DNA from: a bacterium
GTDB taxonomy: Bacteria > Electryoneota > Electryoneia > Electryoneales > Electryoneaceae
Direction of reading: 5' to 3'
Assembly: GCA_963675295.2 (NCBI GenBank)
Contig: CAXXKJ010000002.1
Location: forward strand, 2,752,001-2,816,000
DNA: 64,000 bases
Shown piece after piece: positions 1-10,776 of the stretch. The position numbers and the translations under genes were made by a program. The notes under the pieces were generated by a model. That model ran no database searches. It worked only from the letters and a program-made list of their open reading frames with translations, and was not told the origin of the DNA. The stretch's first letter is position 1, and every line of letters starts with the position of its first letter.

Positions 1-861
1 CCACGCGGTATAGTTAACGCTCGCCAGGGTGCGCAGCCGGCCGTAGTCGATATAACCACCCAATCCCAGCGACAAGGGCATCTCGAACTGTTCATTCGCA
101 AAGCCTACCGAATCACCCGCCTGGATGGTAAGGCTGGATTTCACATCCAGCATCGCCGGAGGCCGAACTGTCAACGAAACCGCGGAATTCGGACTCGGAT
201 GCACGGTAGCGCCCAGATTGACGCCGACACCATTGATCTCGTGCAGGATGTACCGGCCGGACCGGGAGAACGATCCCTGCTGGAAGTCAATTGTGACCAG
301 TTCTTCCAGTTGCCCGAAGTAGTAATCCAGCGATAAGCCGAAGTCGACCTTCTGCAACACCTGGAACGCCAGCACAGCGCCCGCGCGTGACATGCCACCG
401 TTACCCTGTACACGGCGCAACAGATCATAAGTCTCAACGGTATCGACCGGCTGTTCGATGTCGTAAGTATCGCTGGCGTGGATCAGGTAATCATGATCAG
501 TCATGGCCTGATAGTAAAACCCGAGGCCGAACGATTTATAGAATGGCAATTGGATGGCGGCGTTCGGGAAGACGTAGTTGTCAGCGATGTCTTTGCCGGT
601 GTAGTCGGACGCGTACACCTTGTTCGCGGCGAAGCTGACGGTGTATTTCGTCACGCCGTAGGATCGCCAGGTGGCGGGGTTGTCAATCGCGAAGTAAACG
701 GAATCGCTGAACGCCATGTCCGAGCCGCCGAGGCCGACACTGCGGGAATTGCCATTCTGCTGCCAAAGCCCAACGCCAAGCGGACCGAACACGGACTCCG
801 CCATCACCGGGACAGCGGCGAACAAAATCATCAGGGTGATGCTGAGCAGGCGTTTCATCAT
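1..861 (-). CDS. FadL/OmpP1-like outer-membrane beta-barrel protein, 3' end outside window
   Basis: Manually translated, not in ORF track: MMKRLLSITLMILFAAVPVMAESVFGPLGVG...RSVGLGG...DNPA. Signal peptide plus FadL-type N-terminal motifs; ATGA overlap with the stop of the upstream lipoprotein. Confidence 0.65.
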   Translation of the reverse strand, partial: MMKRLLSITLMILFAAVPVMAESVFGPLGVGLWQQNGNSRSVGLGGSDMAFSDSVYFAIDNPATWRSYGVTKYTVSFAANKVYASDYTGKDIADNYVFPNAAIQLPFYKSFGLGFYYQAMTDHDYLIHASDTYDIEQPVDTVETYDLLRRVQGNGGMSRAGAVLAFQVLQKVDFGLSLDYYFGQLEELVTIDFQQGSFSRSGRYILHEINGVGVNLGATVHPSPNSAVSLTVRPPAMLDVKSSLTIQAGDSVGFANEQFEMPLSLGLGGYIDYGRLRTLASVNYTAW

Positions 862-2066
862 GGCTTCTGGAACTCGGTGTACACTACGTGGAAATAGGGC
901 CGGTAGTCCGGATTAACCGCATCCGTACCGGCGAAGAACGCCCGGCGTGACAAGGTAAGCCCGGTCACCACCGCGCGAATGTCAACGCCGAAGTTGGTTT
1001 CCGGTAACGCGGCCCATTGGCGCGCAATCGGGGTCACGTTGATCCGCACCTGGCCCGTGGAGTCCGGAACGAAATACGCAAGTTCGGACATCGACCCGAC
1101 GATGATGGTGTCCGGATCGGCAGACCACTCCTCCGTGATGTCGTACCACGTCATTGACGAAGAATTGCCGATCTGGCGATCCCAATCACTGTCATGCGTG
1201 ATCACGAGGTCCACACGGTTGATGCTGTGCTGGGTCGGGTCAATCGTCGTGAAATCACCCTGGAACAGCATGTCGCGTGCGTATCCCTGAGAATAGACAA
1301 CATGGTCCGGATCAGCCGGTAATGAGCTGTCGTCGGTGTACCAGGTCGTATACAGGGGATTGACGTACAGCGTCGTGTCTTCCAGCGTGTCTTCGTTAAC
1401 GACAAACGTGCCTGATGCGGACAATCTCGGCAGATAGTCAGCGTCCGAGGCGCTGGAATAGGTCACGAACCGTTTGATGAACGTGGCTTGCTCCAACGGA
1501 CGGATGTACAACAACAGCGTGTCGAGGGTCAACGTATCCAGTGTCATGGTGAACTCGTTCACCTCGAAGGTGTCGAGGTCATCGTCAACCGTTCCCAGCA
1601 ACACAGTGTCTACCGGAGTTTTCTCGATCGTCTGCGCGTACTCGTAATCATGGGTGTACGGGACAAACGTCTCAGCGAACTGGAGCAGTTCCGCCTGCCA
1701 TTCGTCGTCCGGATCAATATTGTCTGGATCAACATATCCGTTGCTCCACAAGTGGAGTCGTGCGGAATCGAGTTCAAGGACTTCGCCAAGGTTCGCGAAG
1801 TTGGTGAACCACAGGATGATGTCCGAGTGATAACCATCCTCTTCGCCCAGATGCAGCTGCGTTGAGCTGTATTTGACGCGGTCACCACGATCGTAGGTGG
1901 AGACGAGATCGGCGGGGATCGTCACCTCTTTGATCTCGCCGTCTTCGTCACCTCCGACCAGGTTCTTCCCCACTCCCTTGTCAAATTCAGCGCAGGACCA
2001 CATGGCCAACGCCATCAGGAGGACGAAAAGCACACTGAGCCGGGATCGGTTTGCTGGTTGGGTCAT
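858..2066 (-). CDS. Hypothetical lipoprotein, 402 aa
   Basis: Hydrophobic leader ending MWSC (lipobox Cys); acidic beta-rich body; C-terminal INVTPIARQW..NFG resembles DNRLRE-type modules. Confidence 0.7.
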   Translation of the reverse strand: MTQPANRSRLSVLFVLLMALAMWSCAEFDKGVGKNLVGGDEDGEIKEVTIPADLVSTYDRGDRVKYSSTQLHLGEEDGYHSDIILWFTNFANLGEVLELDSARLHLWSNGYVDPDNIDPDDEWQAELLQFAETFVPYTHDYEYAQTIEKTPVDTVLLGTVDDDLDTFEVNEFTMTLDTLTLDTLLLYIRPLEQATFIKRFVTYSSASDADYLPRLSASGTFVVNEDTLEDTTLYVNPLYTTWYTDDSSLPADPDHVVYSQGYARDMLFQGDFTTIDPTQHSINRVDLVITHDSDWDRQIGNSSSMTWYDITEEWSADPDTIIVGSMSELAYFVPDSTGQVRINVTPIARQWAALPETNFGVDIRAVVTGLTLSRRAFFAGTDAVNPDYRPYFHVVYTEFQKP

Positions 2067-2337
2067 AATTTTGATGAGAAACCCTGCTTTGCCGGATTGT
2101 ACGGCTTTCGGCGGATACGTTTTGCCCGCTGCCTGTAAGATCGGGCCAATTTAGGTCAGGCGTACGAGTGACGCAAGAAAGCTGTTCATTTCGCTCGCAC
2201 ACTGGTAGTCGAAACTCACCTGCCCGAAGGTTATACACGGCAATGCGTGAACAGTGCCCAACCCTGTCTCTCCGCTCTCACGAAAAACCCCCGCACAAAA
2301 ATTGTGCGAGGGTTGAAGTTGAATGCGTTTGTGCGAG

Positions 2338-5300
2338 TTAGCGCAGCAGAACCACCTTGCGGCTTTCCTGCAGCGGACCAGCCGAGAAACGCAGGAAGTA
2401 GATGCCGCTGGCCATGTTGTTGCCATCAATCATCAGCTGATGGTGGCCGGCAGTCATCATGCCGTTGTGCAACGTCGCGACCCTCTGGCCGAGCACGTTG
2501 TACAGCACCGCCTGCACCTCGGTCGCTTCCAGCGTCGAGAACTGCACGGTAGCCGTTGGGTTGAACGGGTTCGGATATACACCATTGAATTCCCAGGCCA
2601 ACGGACGCAGTTCCGCGCCTTCGCCGACCACATATGTGGTCATGTCCTGATCCACCGTCAACGTAACCGGCAGCCAGGTCGTCGGAATCAAGGTGTTGTT
2701 GTCGAAACGCAACCACGTGGAATACATGCCTTCCGGCAGATCCAGCGACGCGAGGCTGACTTCGACAGTAAAGTCGCCGCCAGCCGGCGTAGTTTCGCCT
2801 TCCGTATTCAGGCTCATCCACGCGTTGTTCGGCGAGATCTCGTAGACTTCGACGACGTCGTCCATGGACGAAGCGTTACGCAGCTGGATGAACGTGAAGT
2901 AGAACGGATTCCACAGGTACGTGATTTCCGAGTCAGTCAATCCGGCAATCATGCCACGCGGGATGTTGTAGACAAACATGGTATCACCGGTCGCGGTGTC
3001 CATCTTCATCACGGTCACGTCGACGTAGTACGTCTCCTGCAATGTGAACCACAAGTTGTACCCATCCGGGTCGTCCTTGTGGTAGCTGAGCGAGCGGATT
3101 GTCATCTCCGGATCGTACGTACCGACGAAGGTACCGGAACGGTTCATCGCGTAAAGCGGACCGTCCGTCTGTCCCATCCAGAAGACGTCGTTTTCGTTGT
3201 CGTAAGTCAACATGTTGACGAGGTTCAGCGTAGCCGGAATGTCAATCGTATCGATCAACGAAATGTCGTGCGTCGTTGCGTTGTATTCGATCTGGTGCAG
3301 CATGCCGTCATCGACGCCATAGATGTAGTCGCCGTCGGACGTCAGGCAAAGGAAACCGTTGGTGGACGGATTCGTGACCGGCTGCGCATAGCTCTGCACG
3401 AGGTTGCCGTTCAGGTTGACGCGATACAATCCGTTCGGGTTCTGGTTGTTGTTGCCGCCGGAAACCCAGTAGAATCCCTTGTGCAGGGTGATACCGTAGT
3501 TGCGGTGCTCGGGACCGGTCAGCTGGAACTCATCGAGCAGATCCCAGGCAGCATCCGGTTCCGGGTTCGGACCGGTGTTGTCCATCTCCACCGTCCAGGT
3601 CAACTCACCATCACCCGTGTTGCTGACGACGACGTTTGCCGTGGTCGTCTGTCCCGGCGGGAGGGTTTCGTTGATCTCCGACACGGAGAGTTCGAATCCT
3701 GGCGCGGTGACCGAGAAGTCCTGCACCGTGATCAGGCCTTCCTGAACTACGATTTCAGTCGTCTGCGGGTTAATGCCCTGCATCTCCACGACCAGATCAT
3801 GCGTACCGATGACCACGTCGTAGATCTCGTAGTGTCCCTGATCGTCGGTGTAGCCGAAGTAGGCGTTGTCGGCGGTGCGAACAAGGGCGCCTTCCACCGG
3901 ACCACCACCCGTCGCGAACGTCACATCACCGGTAACGGTACCCGTGATCAACGCCGCCTGGGTCGTGATCAGAATCGCACGGCCATCGCAGATCGTTGCG
4001 TTCGGCGGGGTGCTGTTGCCATCCCAGTACGCGATCTGGAGACCGTCGGTCTGGTTATGATTCTCAACACCAACCGTCGCATAGGCGTTGTCGAAGCTTT
4101 CACCGGTGGTGTGGGTCACGTCCTCATACTGGAAGAGGATGTTGTTGTCGCCGGTAATCGTGATGTGCTCACCAACCTGATCGTACACGATCATCTGGAA
4201 GGTGTTCCATGCCGACGGGTTGCTCCACACGTATACATCCGCAACCGAATACCACTCAATGATATAGCGGCCGTTCGGCTCATCGTAGTAATGGTAGACA
4301 CCACTGTACTGGCCATCGACCATCCGGTCATCCCAGTACGGGGCAATCATGTAGTTCGGACCACCCGGGCTCGGAATCGGCCAGTTACGCGGGGTGCGCA
4401 TGTCAGCCTGGTTGCCCATCGAGACGAAACCGTTACAGGTAATCGTCATCTGGTCGAAATCAACGCCGTAGAACTTCATGGTGAACGGCAGATCGACGAC
4501 GACCGCGTCGTCATCTTCTTCACCATTATCGTTGATCGCGAGCGCAGTACCGTCGTAATCGTTACCACCGACGTTCGGATTGATCTCGACCCAGTCATAT
4601 TCCGGGGCGATGTCGTAATCCGTGTCGCGGTTATCAAATGCGATGTAGCCGTAGCCATCCGGACCAACCGGATCGGTCGAAGTCGCTGTACCGAGCTTAA
4701 CCTTAACGTTGACCGTGTCGCGGAAACCTTCCGCATTGCCGATCACCAGCAGCGCGTCAGCCGGATAACCCTTGAACGATTCCGGGTGCGCGGTGATTGT
4801 GTGCGTGGTGGTGCCTGTCTGACCAACCGGGATAGCCGGGAACGCAACCTGGCCGCTGTTGACAGTCAGGTACGGATCATCACTGACCAATTGGCAGAAC
4901 CCATTGCCGCCGTTGGTGAGCCCGATGTTCGCCACCGACAAGTCTAGATCGACAGTGCTACCCGGGACAATCGTACCACCAGGAACCTGGTTTACGTAGG
5001 TGTATTCCGGAGCGTGAATCTTGAACGTAAACACGTCCGTCTGCAGCACGTTCGGCGGCCCACCGCCCTGCGGCATCACACCAAGGCCAATCTCACCATC
5101 AACAATCCAACCACTCTGCGCATCGTCCGCGATCTGCATCAACGCGAGGCTGGTCGCCGACTGAATCTGGCCGGGGCCGATGTTTCCAACGCGTGCGATA
5201 CCACCGGTCTGTTCCACCATCGGGTCATCCGTGGTAAAAACAGCGCCGATCCGCGGTGCGGTGAACGGATACAGGTTATGCAGCGTCAGGTAGAGACCTA

Positions 5301-7347
5301 CGATTTCGCCCGGTTCGGCGAGACCGTTGCCGTTACCTTGCGAGCCGGCCTGCCCGTTATCGATGACCTGAACGTCGCGCACAGCCATCAGCTGGGTGAC
5401 TTCCACCGGGACATCGGTGCGGTACGGGTGGTAGTTCTGCGCAGTAACCGTCAGCTTGGCCATGCCTTCCGCGAGAAATTCAGGATCGAGGACGATGCGG
5501 CCCATGTCGTCGGTTTCACCAAACGCGACCGTATCATCTTCGGTATCGTTCTTGTAAAGGCAGACCCATGCGTCCGGTACCGGCTGACCGTTTCCATCTC
5601 GCACTTCAATTTCGAATCCGTGGCGACCGTAGTTGATCGCGGTCGGATGATTGACTTCGAGATCCTGCGGGATATCGGTCCACAGCCAAACGGTTGGGTC
5701 ACCCATCAGGTTCGTCCACTCCGCGAAGTTCGCCACCTGCGATGGAGCGTGTTCGTTGTAAGCGTTGAACAGGTTCACTTTCGACCAGAAAATGGTTCCA
5801 CCCATTTCCGGGTTACGCAGCACCAGATTCGAGAAAATAGCGCCGCCTGAAAGCGAATTGTTGTATCGGGTATGTGTACCTGACGTTGCTGTCGAAATCG
5901 CGCCGATACCGCCGGTCGGTTCGTTGACCGAACCGGCACGCATCCATGCTTCGTTCTTACCAGTACCTGTGGTCCAGTTACCGGTACCGCAGGTCACGTG
6001 GATGACCATGCAAGTCTTGAAGTAGTTGGTGAGCGCGTAAATTTCACTCGGATCAAGTCCCGTGCCGAGATAACCGCGATAGTTATAGAACGAAACACCG
6101 GCATTAATCGCCTGGATACATGCGTTGTTTACACCACCCTGGGTGTACCATGCAGTGTCAACTTGCGTGTAGCCGATGTCGAGCATCGCGTGGCGCGCGT
6201 AGCGGCCGAGGTAGATCGTGGAGACGCCAGAGCTTGCGGAACCCGCGGCAACCATGCCGCGCTTGTACCAGCCGGTTTCATCCATGTACGGATCACGTTC
6301 ATAGAACATGACCTTGTTCTTGTAAGCGATCAGGTCGGTTTGGGATTCGACACTGATTCGACCAATACCGGCCTCCGGAAGTTCGTCGTTGCCTTCGAGC
6401 TTCACATAGTACTGGTCACCATAGCCTGATCCCGCAGGTGTTGAGTAGATACCGCCGTTGTCGCCAACGACGACAACCCAGTCAAACTTTTCGTCCGAAC
6501 TATCCCAGCGGGACTGGAGCTCAGCTTTGATCGAGTTGCTGGACCAACTGGTGTTGGCGTCGGTGATGAACTCGAGTTTGTAGCCCTTCTGGCGCTTCCA
6601 CTCGATCCATTCAGCGAGCTGGGTCTTGGCCGTTTCCTTGACAACAACCTGCACCGATCCGCGATAGACCTCGAAATCATCCAGCTCGTTGGAATCCCAA
6701 TCGAGGAACTGTTCGTAAAACTCGATGTACGTCTTGCTCAGCTTCGTCGGGTACGAATCAAGCTCGTTGATACCTTCGCCGCCGTACTGGATGTCGACTT
6801 GGATATCGCTGTAGACGCGAACTTCGTTGAGGTACGGGTTCACCTGCACCGGGTAGGTCACAAGACTGGAAACACGGAACTGGCGAGCAATCGCCGGATC
6901 TGTGACCTCGGCCAGTGTCCCCGGATACCACGCATCAATCGACGGATCCAGCTCGCCAAACACCGGTTCTTCGCCGTCCAGATCCACCAGGGTGGCGTAT
7001 TCGAGTCCGGTGAACGTTTCATAGGTCGCATCAAGCACGACCGCTTGCGCGCCACCGGTCATCGGCATGCGAAACATGCGGCTCAGCATTGGAACCGGAG
7101 GTGCTCCTTCCACCTGCAGCATGCCGCCGCCGGGGATCTCCAACACCTGGCCCCAACCATCACCGACTGGAACATCAGCGATTTCGGGAGCAGCAATTTC
7201 CAGCGACACGCTCATGCCGTCCGCGCGTTTCTGGATGTCAGCTGCGTGCATCAAGTCTGCCTGCATCTCCGTCACGTTTGCTGCTGCAAATGCCGTCGTG
7301 GCAAGCAGGCTGGCAAGTAGTATCCCTAACAATCCCTTCCAGCTCAT
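2338..7347 (-). CDS. Gingipain-like C25 cysteine peptidase with propeptide, carboxypeptidase-regulatory-like domain and T9SS-type C-terminal sorting domain
   Basis: Signal peptide; WKRQKG, IGRIS, YNYRGY, VTCGTG, NLMGDP C25 motifs; YPNPFN..SGIYF..KVVLLR tail; GGAGG RBS before ATG 7347. Confidence 0.85.
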   Translation of the reverse strand: MSWKGLLGILLASLLATTAFAAANVTEMQADLMHAADIQKRADGMSVSLEIAAPEIADVPVGDGWGQVLEIPGGGMLQVEGAPPVPMLSRMFRMPMTGGAQAVVLDATYETFTGLEYATLVDLDGEEPVFGELDPSIDAWYPGTLAEVTDPAIARQFRVSSLVTYPVQVNPYLNEVRVYSDIQVDIQYGGEGINELDSYPTKLSKTYIEFYEQFLDWDSNELDDFEVYRGSVQVVVKETAKTQLAEWIEWKRQKGYKLEFITDANTSWSSNSIKAELQSRWDSSDEKFDWVVVVGDNGGIYSTPAGSGYGDQYYVKLEGNDELPEAGIGRISVESQTDLIAYKNKVMFYERDPYMDETGWYKRGMVAAGSASSGVSTIYLGRYARHAMLDIGYTQVDTAWYTQGGVNNACIQAINAGVSFYNYRGYLGTGLDPSEIYALTNYFKTCMVIHVTCGTGNWTTGTGKNEAWMRAGSVNEPTGGIGAISTATSGTHTRYNNSLSGGAIFSNLVLRNPEMGGTIFWSKVNLFNAYNEHAPSQVANFAEWTNLMGDPTVWLWTDIPQDLEVNHPTAINYGRHGFEIEVRDGNGQPVPDAWVCLYKNDTEDDTVAFGETDDMGRIVLDPEFLAEGMAKLTVTAQNYHPYRTDVPVEVTQLMAVRDVQVIDNGQAGSQGNGNGLAEPGEIVGLYLTLHNLYPFTAPRIGAVFTTDDPMVEQTGGIARVGNIGPGQIQSATSLALMQIADDAQSGWIVDGEIGLGVMPQGGGPPNVLQTDVFTFKIHAPEYTYVNQVPGGTIVPGSTVDLDLSVANIGLTNGGNGFCQLVSDDPYLTVNSGQVAFPAIPVGQTGTTTHTITAHPESFKGYPADALLVIGNAEGFRDTVNVKVKLGTATSTDPVGPDGYGYIAFDNRDTDYDIAPEYDWVEINPNVGGNDYDGTALAINDNGEEDDDAVVVDLPFTMKFYGVDFDQMTITCNGFVSMGNQADMRTPRNWPIPSPGGPNYMIAPYWDDRMVDGQYSGVYHYYDEPNGRYIIEWYSVADVYVWSNPSAWNTFQMIVYDQVGEHITITGDNNILFQYEDVTHTTGESFDNAYATVGVENHNQTDGLQIAYWDGNSTPPNATICDGRAILITTQAALITGTVTGDVTFATGGGPVEGALVRTADNAYFGYTDDQGHYEIYDVVIGTHDLVVEMQGINPQTTEIVVQEGLITVQDFSVTAPGFELSVSEINETLPPGQTTTANVVVSNTGDGELTWTVEMDNTGPNPEPDAAWDLLDEFQLTGPEHRNYGITLHKGFYWVSGGNNNQNPNGLYRVNLNGNLVQSYAQPVTNPSTNGFLCLTSDGDYIYGVDDGMLHQIEYNATTHDISLIDTIDIPATLNLVNMLTYDNENDVFWMGQTDGPLYAMNRSGTFVGTYDPEMTIRSLSYHKDDPDGYNLWFTLQETYYVDVTVMKMDTATGDTMFVYNIPRGMIAGLTDSEITYLWNPFYFTFIQLRNASSMDDVVEVYEISPNNAWMSLNTEGETTPAGGDFTVEVSLASLDLPEGMYSTWLRFDNNTLIPTTWLPVTLTVDQDMTTYVVGEGAELRPLAWEFNGVYPNPFNPTATVQFSTLEATEVQAVLYNVLGQRVATLHNGMMTAGHHQLMIDGNNMASGIYFLRFSAGPLQESRKVVLLR

Positions 7348-7603
7348 CGGCAATCCTCCAGATGAAAAAAGCACCAGTATCGCTTACCACTGTAAACCGT
7401 GCGTCGACTCAATTCCAGGACGGCGATCGGTGCAGTCTAACGCGGGGATATTCCCCATTGAAAACTCTTAACTTCGCGAGCAGGACCCATGCGCGCAAAG
7501 CGGTTTCACTGAATCGAACACATTATAGAGTCATGCAAACAGTGTTGCAACGAGAAATCTGGATTTTGAAATAAAGAACCCGACGCCTCGCTCCCTGCTC
7601 CCG

Positions 7604-8125
7604 TCACCATTTTTTCAGATCCAGAACGGCCTGATATACCTGATCATAACACTCCCACAAATCCTGACTGATAACGCGTGTTTGTCCGACCACCGGCATG
7701 AAATTGGTGTCTCCATTCCAGCGCGGAACGATGTGCTGGTGCAGGTGTGTCTCCAGTCCCGCTCCGGAGATGCGCCCCAGATTCCACCCGAGGTTAAATC
7801 CATGAGGATTGATTGTCTGTTGCAACGCACTCAACGCGACCTGAGTCAGCAACCCGATCTCGGCCCAATCCTCTGCTTCCAACTGCTGCATATCGGCGAG
7901 GTGACGTTTCGGTGCCACCATCAGGTGGCCGTTGGTGTAGGGAAACCGGTTCATCAACAGCAGGGTCCGCTCACCGCGGTACAGCAGCAAGTGCTCTCGA
8001 TCCTGTTCGACAGGGGCATTGACCATGTCACAGATGAAGCAGTCGTGCACGCCTTGTGAGCTCTCTTTAATCCACGGTAGCCGCCAAGGTGCCCAGAGAC
8101 GTTTCAGTGCGCTCTCATCGTTCAT
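7604..8125 (-). CDS. HIT family hydrolase (Ap4A phosphorylase-like)
   Basis: LWAPWR, CFIC, NRFPYTNGH, HLHQHIVPRW histidine triad; start moved to ATG 8125. Confidence 0.9.
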   Translation of the reverse strand: MNDESALKRLWAPWRLPWIKESSQGVHDCFICDMVNAPVEQDREHLLLYRGERTLLLMNRFPYTNGHLMVAPKRHLADMQQLEAEDWAEIGLLTQVALSALQQTINPHGFNLGWNLGRISGAGLETHLHQHIVPRWNGDTNFMPVVGQTRVISQDLWECYDQVYQAVLDLKKW

Positions 8126-8155
8126 TGAAAAACCGTTGTCCTGTGGCCAGACAAG

Positions 8156-8183
8156 AAGAAGCCGGACTTGCGCCCGGCTTCTT
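8156..8183 (-). terminator. Hairpin downstream of EF-G2 gene
   Basis: AAGAAGCCGG-8 nt-CCGGCTTCTT perfect inverted repeat. Confidence 0.6.
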
Positions 8184-8195
8184 GAATGCTTCGAT

Positions 8196-10277
8196 TTACG
8201 AGTGTTCCGCAGCCTTGCGTTCCTCGTACTCCTCAGCCAGCGCCTGCTGGATGTCGTGCGGCACTTCCTCGTAATGCGAGAACTTGCGGCGGAAGATACC
8301 ACGACCGGAGGTCAACGAACGCAGCGTGTTGGCGTACTTGTAAAGCTCCGCCAGCGGGACCGTGGCGCGAATGATCTGCCACTTCCCTTCCACGTCCATG
8401 CTGGCGACCTTGCCGCGACGGGACGAAATATCGCCCATCACGTCGCCCATGTTATCCTGCGGACACTTGATCTCGATTTCGTAGATCGGTTCGAGAATCG
8501 CAGTCTTGGTCTTCTTCACCGCTTCACGAAACCCGATCGAACCCGCCATCTTGAAGGAGAATTCGTCCGAGTCAACTGCGTGGAACTTGCCGTCGATGCA
8601 ATGCACTTTGACGTCCACAACCGGATAACCCGCGATCACGCCCTTCGTCAGTGTTTCCTGGATGCCTTTGTCCACCGCCGGGATGAACTGGCGCGGAATC
8701 GCACCGCCGACGATTTCGTCAAGGAATTCGTACCCGTCGCCACGCTGTGCCGGCTCAACCCTGAGCACGCAGAGCCCGAACTGGCCACGGCCACCGGACT
8801 GCTTCTTGTGCTTGCCTTCCGCTTCGCCGGAAGACTTGATCGTCTCACGATACGGAATCCGCGGCTTGATCATTTCGGCTTCGACGCCGAAACGGTCCTT
8901 CAGGCGATCAAGGACTACGGTTAAATGTGCGTCGCCCTGGCCGTTGATGATCAATTGGGACAGTTCGGTGTCGTGCACGATGTTGAAGGTCGGGTCGGCC
9001 TTCTGGAGGATCGTCAGACCGCTGGCGATTTTATCCTCATCGCCCGAGCCCTTGGTGATGACAGCCGCGCGGATAATCGGTTCCGGGAACTTCGGACCTT
9101 CCAGCTTCACCGGGTTGGACTTGGTCGCCAACGTTTCGCCGGTCGAGGTGTCGTGCAGCTTTACCGCGATGCCGATGTCGCCGGTAGAAACATGGTCGAC
9201 GCCGTTGCGCTGCTTGCCCATCGCCCAGTACATCTGATTTGGCTTTTCAACGTGTTCCTGGTCGACGTTGTACAGCTCTTCACCGCTGCGAACCGTACCG
9301 GAATACACACGGAAGTAGCTCATCTCGCCAACGTGCGCCTCAGACGTGGTCTTGAAAACCAGCGCGACCGTCGGACCATTCGGATCGCATGCGATTTCAG
9401 TTTGATCGCCGCTCTTGGTGTTTGTCGCCTTCTGAGCCGGCATGACATCCGGGGACGGAGCGTACTCGGCGAGGAAATCTACCAGCGTCGAGACACCGGC
9501 TTCGGTGTAAGCCGCACCAGCGAGAACCGGGAACAGAGCGTTGTCGCGGATACCCTTGCTGAGGCCCTTGACAATTTCTTCCTGGGTTAGTTCGCCGGCG
9601 TCGAAGAACTTTTCCATCAACTCGTCGTCAGCTTCGGCAGCACGTTCGATCAACGTCTCGCGCAGCCCTTCCGCCTTCGCCTGCAGGTCGCCGCTGAGCT
9701 CTTCCGACGTGACTTTGCCGCCGTCAAATGTCAGCACCTTCATCGTCAACAGGTTGACAATCTTGTTGAAGCCCGGACCTTCGTTAACCGGAATGGTCAC
9801 CGCGACGGCGTTGCCAAACGTGGAGTCCAGTTCTTCCAGGATCGCGTCGAACTTGGTGTTTTCTTTGTCCAGCTGATTGACGAAGATGACCCGCGGGACG
9901 TTGTCCTGATTACAGAACTCCCACACCTGTTCGGTTACCACCTCAACACCTGAGGTGCCATGCACCACGACCAGCGCGGTGTCGGAGACACGCAGGGCAC
10001 CGTTGACTTCACCGATGAAGTCACTGAAGCCGGGGGTGTCCATCAGGTTGAACTTGTGGCCTTTGTGCTCAGCGGTCAGCAACGTGGCGCTGACGGAACC
10101 TTGACGTTCGATCTCTTCCTTCAGGAAGTCGCTGGCGGACGTTCCTTCATCCACACGGCCCAGTCGTTCGATCGCCTTCATCTGGTGCAACATCGATTCC
10201 GCCAGCGTGGATTTGCCGCTGGCGCCGTGTCCAATCAAGCTGATGTTGCGAATTGCGTTGGCCGGATAGTCCTTCAC
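8196..10277 (-). CDS. fusA: Elongation factor G paralogue (EF-G2)
   Basis: 693 aa; GHGASGKST, DTPGFSDF, YRETI, KQSGGRGQFG, VDSDEFSF, LRSLTSGRG; not in the str operon. Confidence 0.92.
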   Translation of the reverse strand: MKDYPANAIRNISLIGHGASGKSTLAESMLHQMKAIERLGRVDEGTSASDFLKEEIERQGSVSATLLTAEHKGHKFNLMDTPGFSDFIGEVNGALRVSDTALVVVHGTSGVEVVTEQVWEFCNQDNVPRVIFVNQLDKENTKFDAILEELDSTFGNAVAVTIPVNEGPGFNKIVNLLTMKVLTFDGGKVTSEELSGDLQAKAEGLRETLIERAAEADDELMEKFFDAGELTQEEIVKGLSKGIRDNALFPVLAGAAYTEAGVSTLVDFLAEYAPSPDVMPAQKATNTKSGDQTEIACDPNGPTVALVFKTTSEAHVGEMSYFRVYSGTVRSGEELYNVDQEHVEKPNQMYWAMGKQRNGVDHVSTGDIGIAVKLHDTSTGETLATKSNPVKLEGPKFPEPIIRAAVITKGSGDEDKIASGLTILQKADPTFNIVHDTELSQLIINGQGDAHLTVVLDRLKDRFGVEAEMIKPRIPYRETIKSSGEAEGKHKKQSGGRGQFGLCVLRVEPAQRGDGYEFLDEIVGGAIPRQFIPAVDKGIQETLTKGVIAGYPVVDVKVHCIDGKFHAVDSDEFSFKMAGSIGFREAVKKTKTAILEPIYEIEIKCPQDNMGDVMGDISSRRGKVASMDVEGKWQIIRATVPLAELYKYANTLRSLTSGRGIFRRKFSHYEEVPHDIQQALAEEYEERKAAEHS

Positions 10278-10455
10278 CGCCCTACCTCCTCACCCGATCT
10301 TCGGGGGATTTATGTTCTCTGTTTTGTTTTTGTGTAAGACTGAGGAAGATAAACGAGAGCTCCCGAGTCGTCAAGGAGGCGAGCCACTCGCTCCTCGGGG
10401 AAAACGGAATTGGTGCGGTGGAACTGGGGGAACGTAAAATTATGGAATACGACCG

Positions 10456-10776
10456 CTATCTAAAACGTTCCATAATGAGTTCTTGCACATTTCTACGACC
10501 ATCTGTAACCATGAAAAGAATCACTCGATCATCTTCAACTCGATAAATAACACGATAGTTCGTCCAGAATAATTCCCGGTAGGTATGAGTGGACAAGCCG
10601 ACGGTCTCCTTCACCACTGATCCACGTTCTGGATACCGGGTTAGTGTCGATACACTGGACATGATTTCATCCCAGACATGAATCGCGGCTTCCACACCGT
10701 CATGCTGAGCGATGTAGCTCACAAGTTCTTCCAAATCCTGATCTGCATCATCTGTGACAACAATGCGATAGTTCAT
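10456..10776 (-). CDS. ParE/RelE family toxin
   Basis: A.QDLEEL.SYIA, YPERG, YRVIYRV, DGRRN; overlaps antitoxin stop. Confidence 0.85.
   Translation of the reverse strand: MNYRIVVTDDADQDLEELVSYIAQHDGVEAAIHVWDEIMSSVSTLTRYPERGSVVKETVGLSTHTYRELFWTNYRVIYRVEDDRVILFMVTDGRRNVQELIMERFR

Noticed and set aside
2323-4947. 874-aa plus-strand ORF and other long antisense ORFs (12033-13337, 14030-15997, 51952-53394, 53404-54801, 54996-56321, 57258-58385)
   Set aside because: Shadow frames opposite well-supported genes in GC-rich DNA, with no recognisable motifs
7604-8302. 232-aa long form of the HIT ORF
   Set aside because: Extension overlaps fusA and its terminator; ATG 8125 fits the family N-terminus
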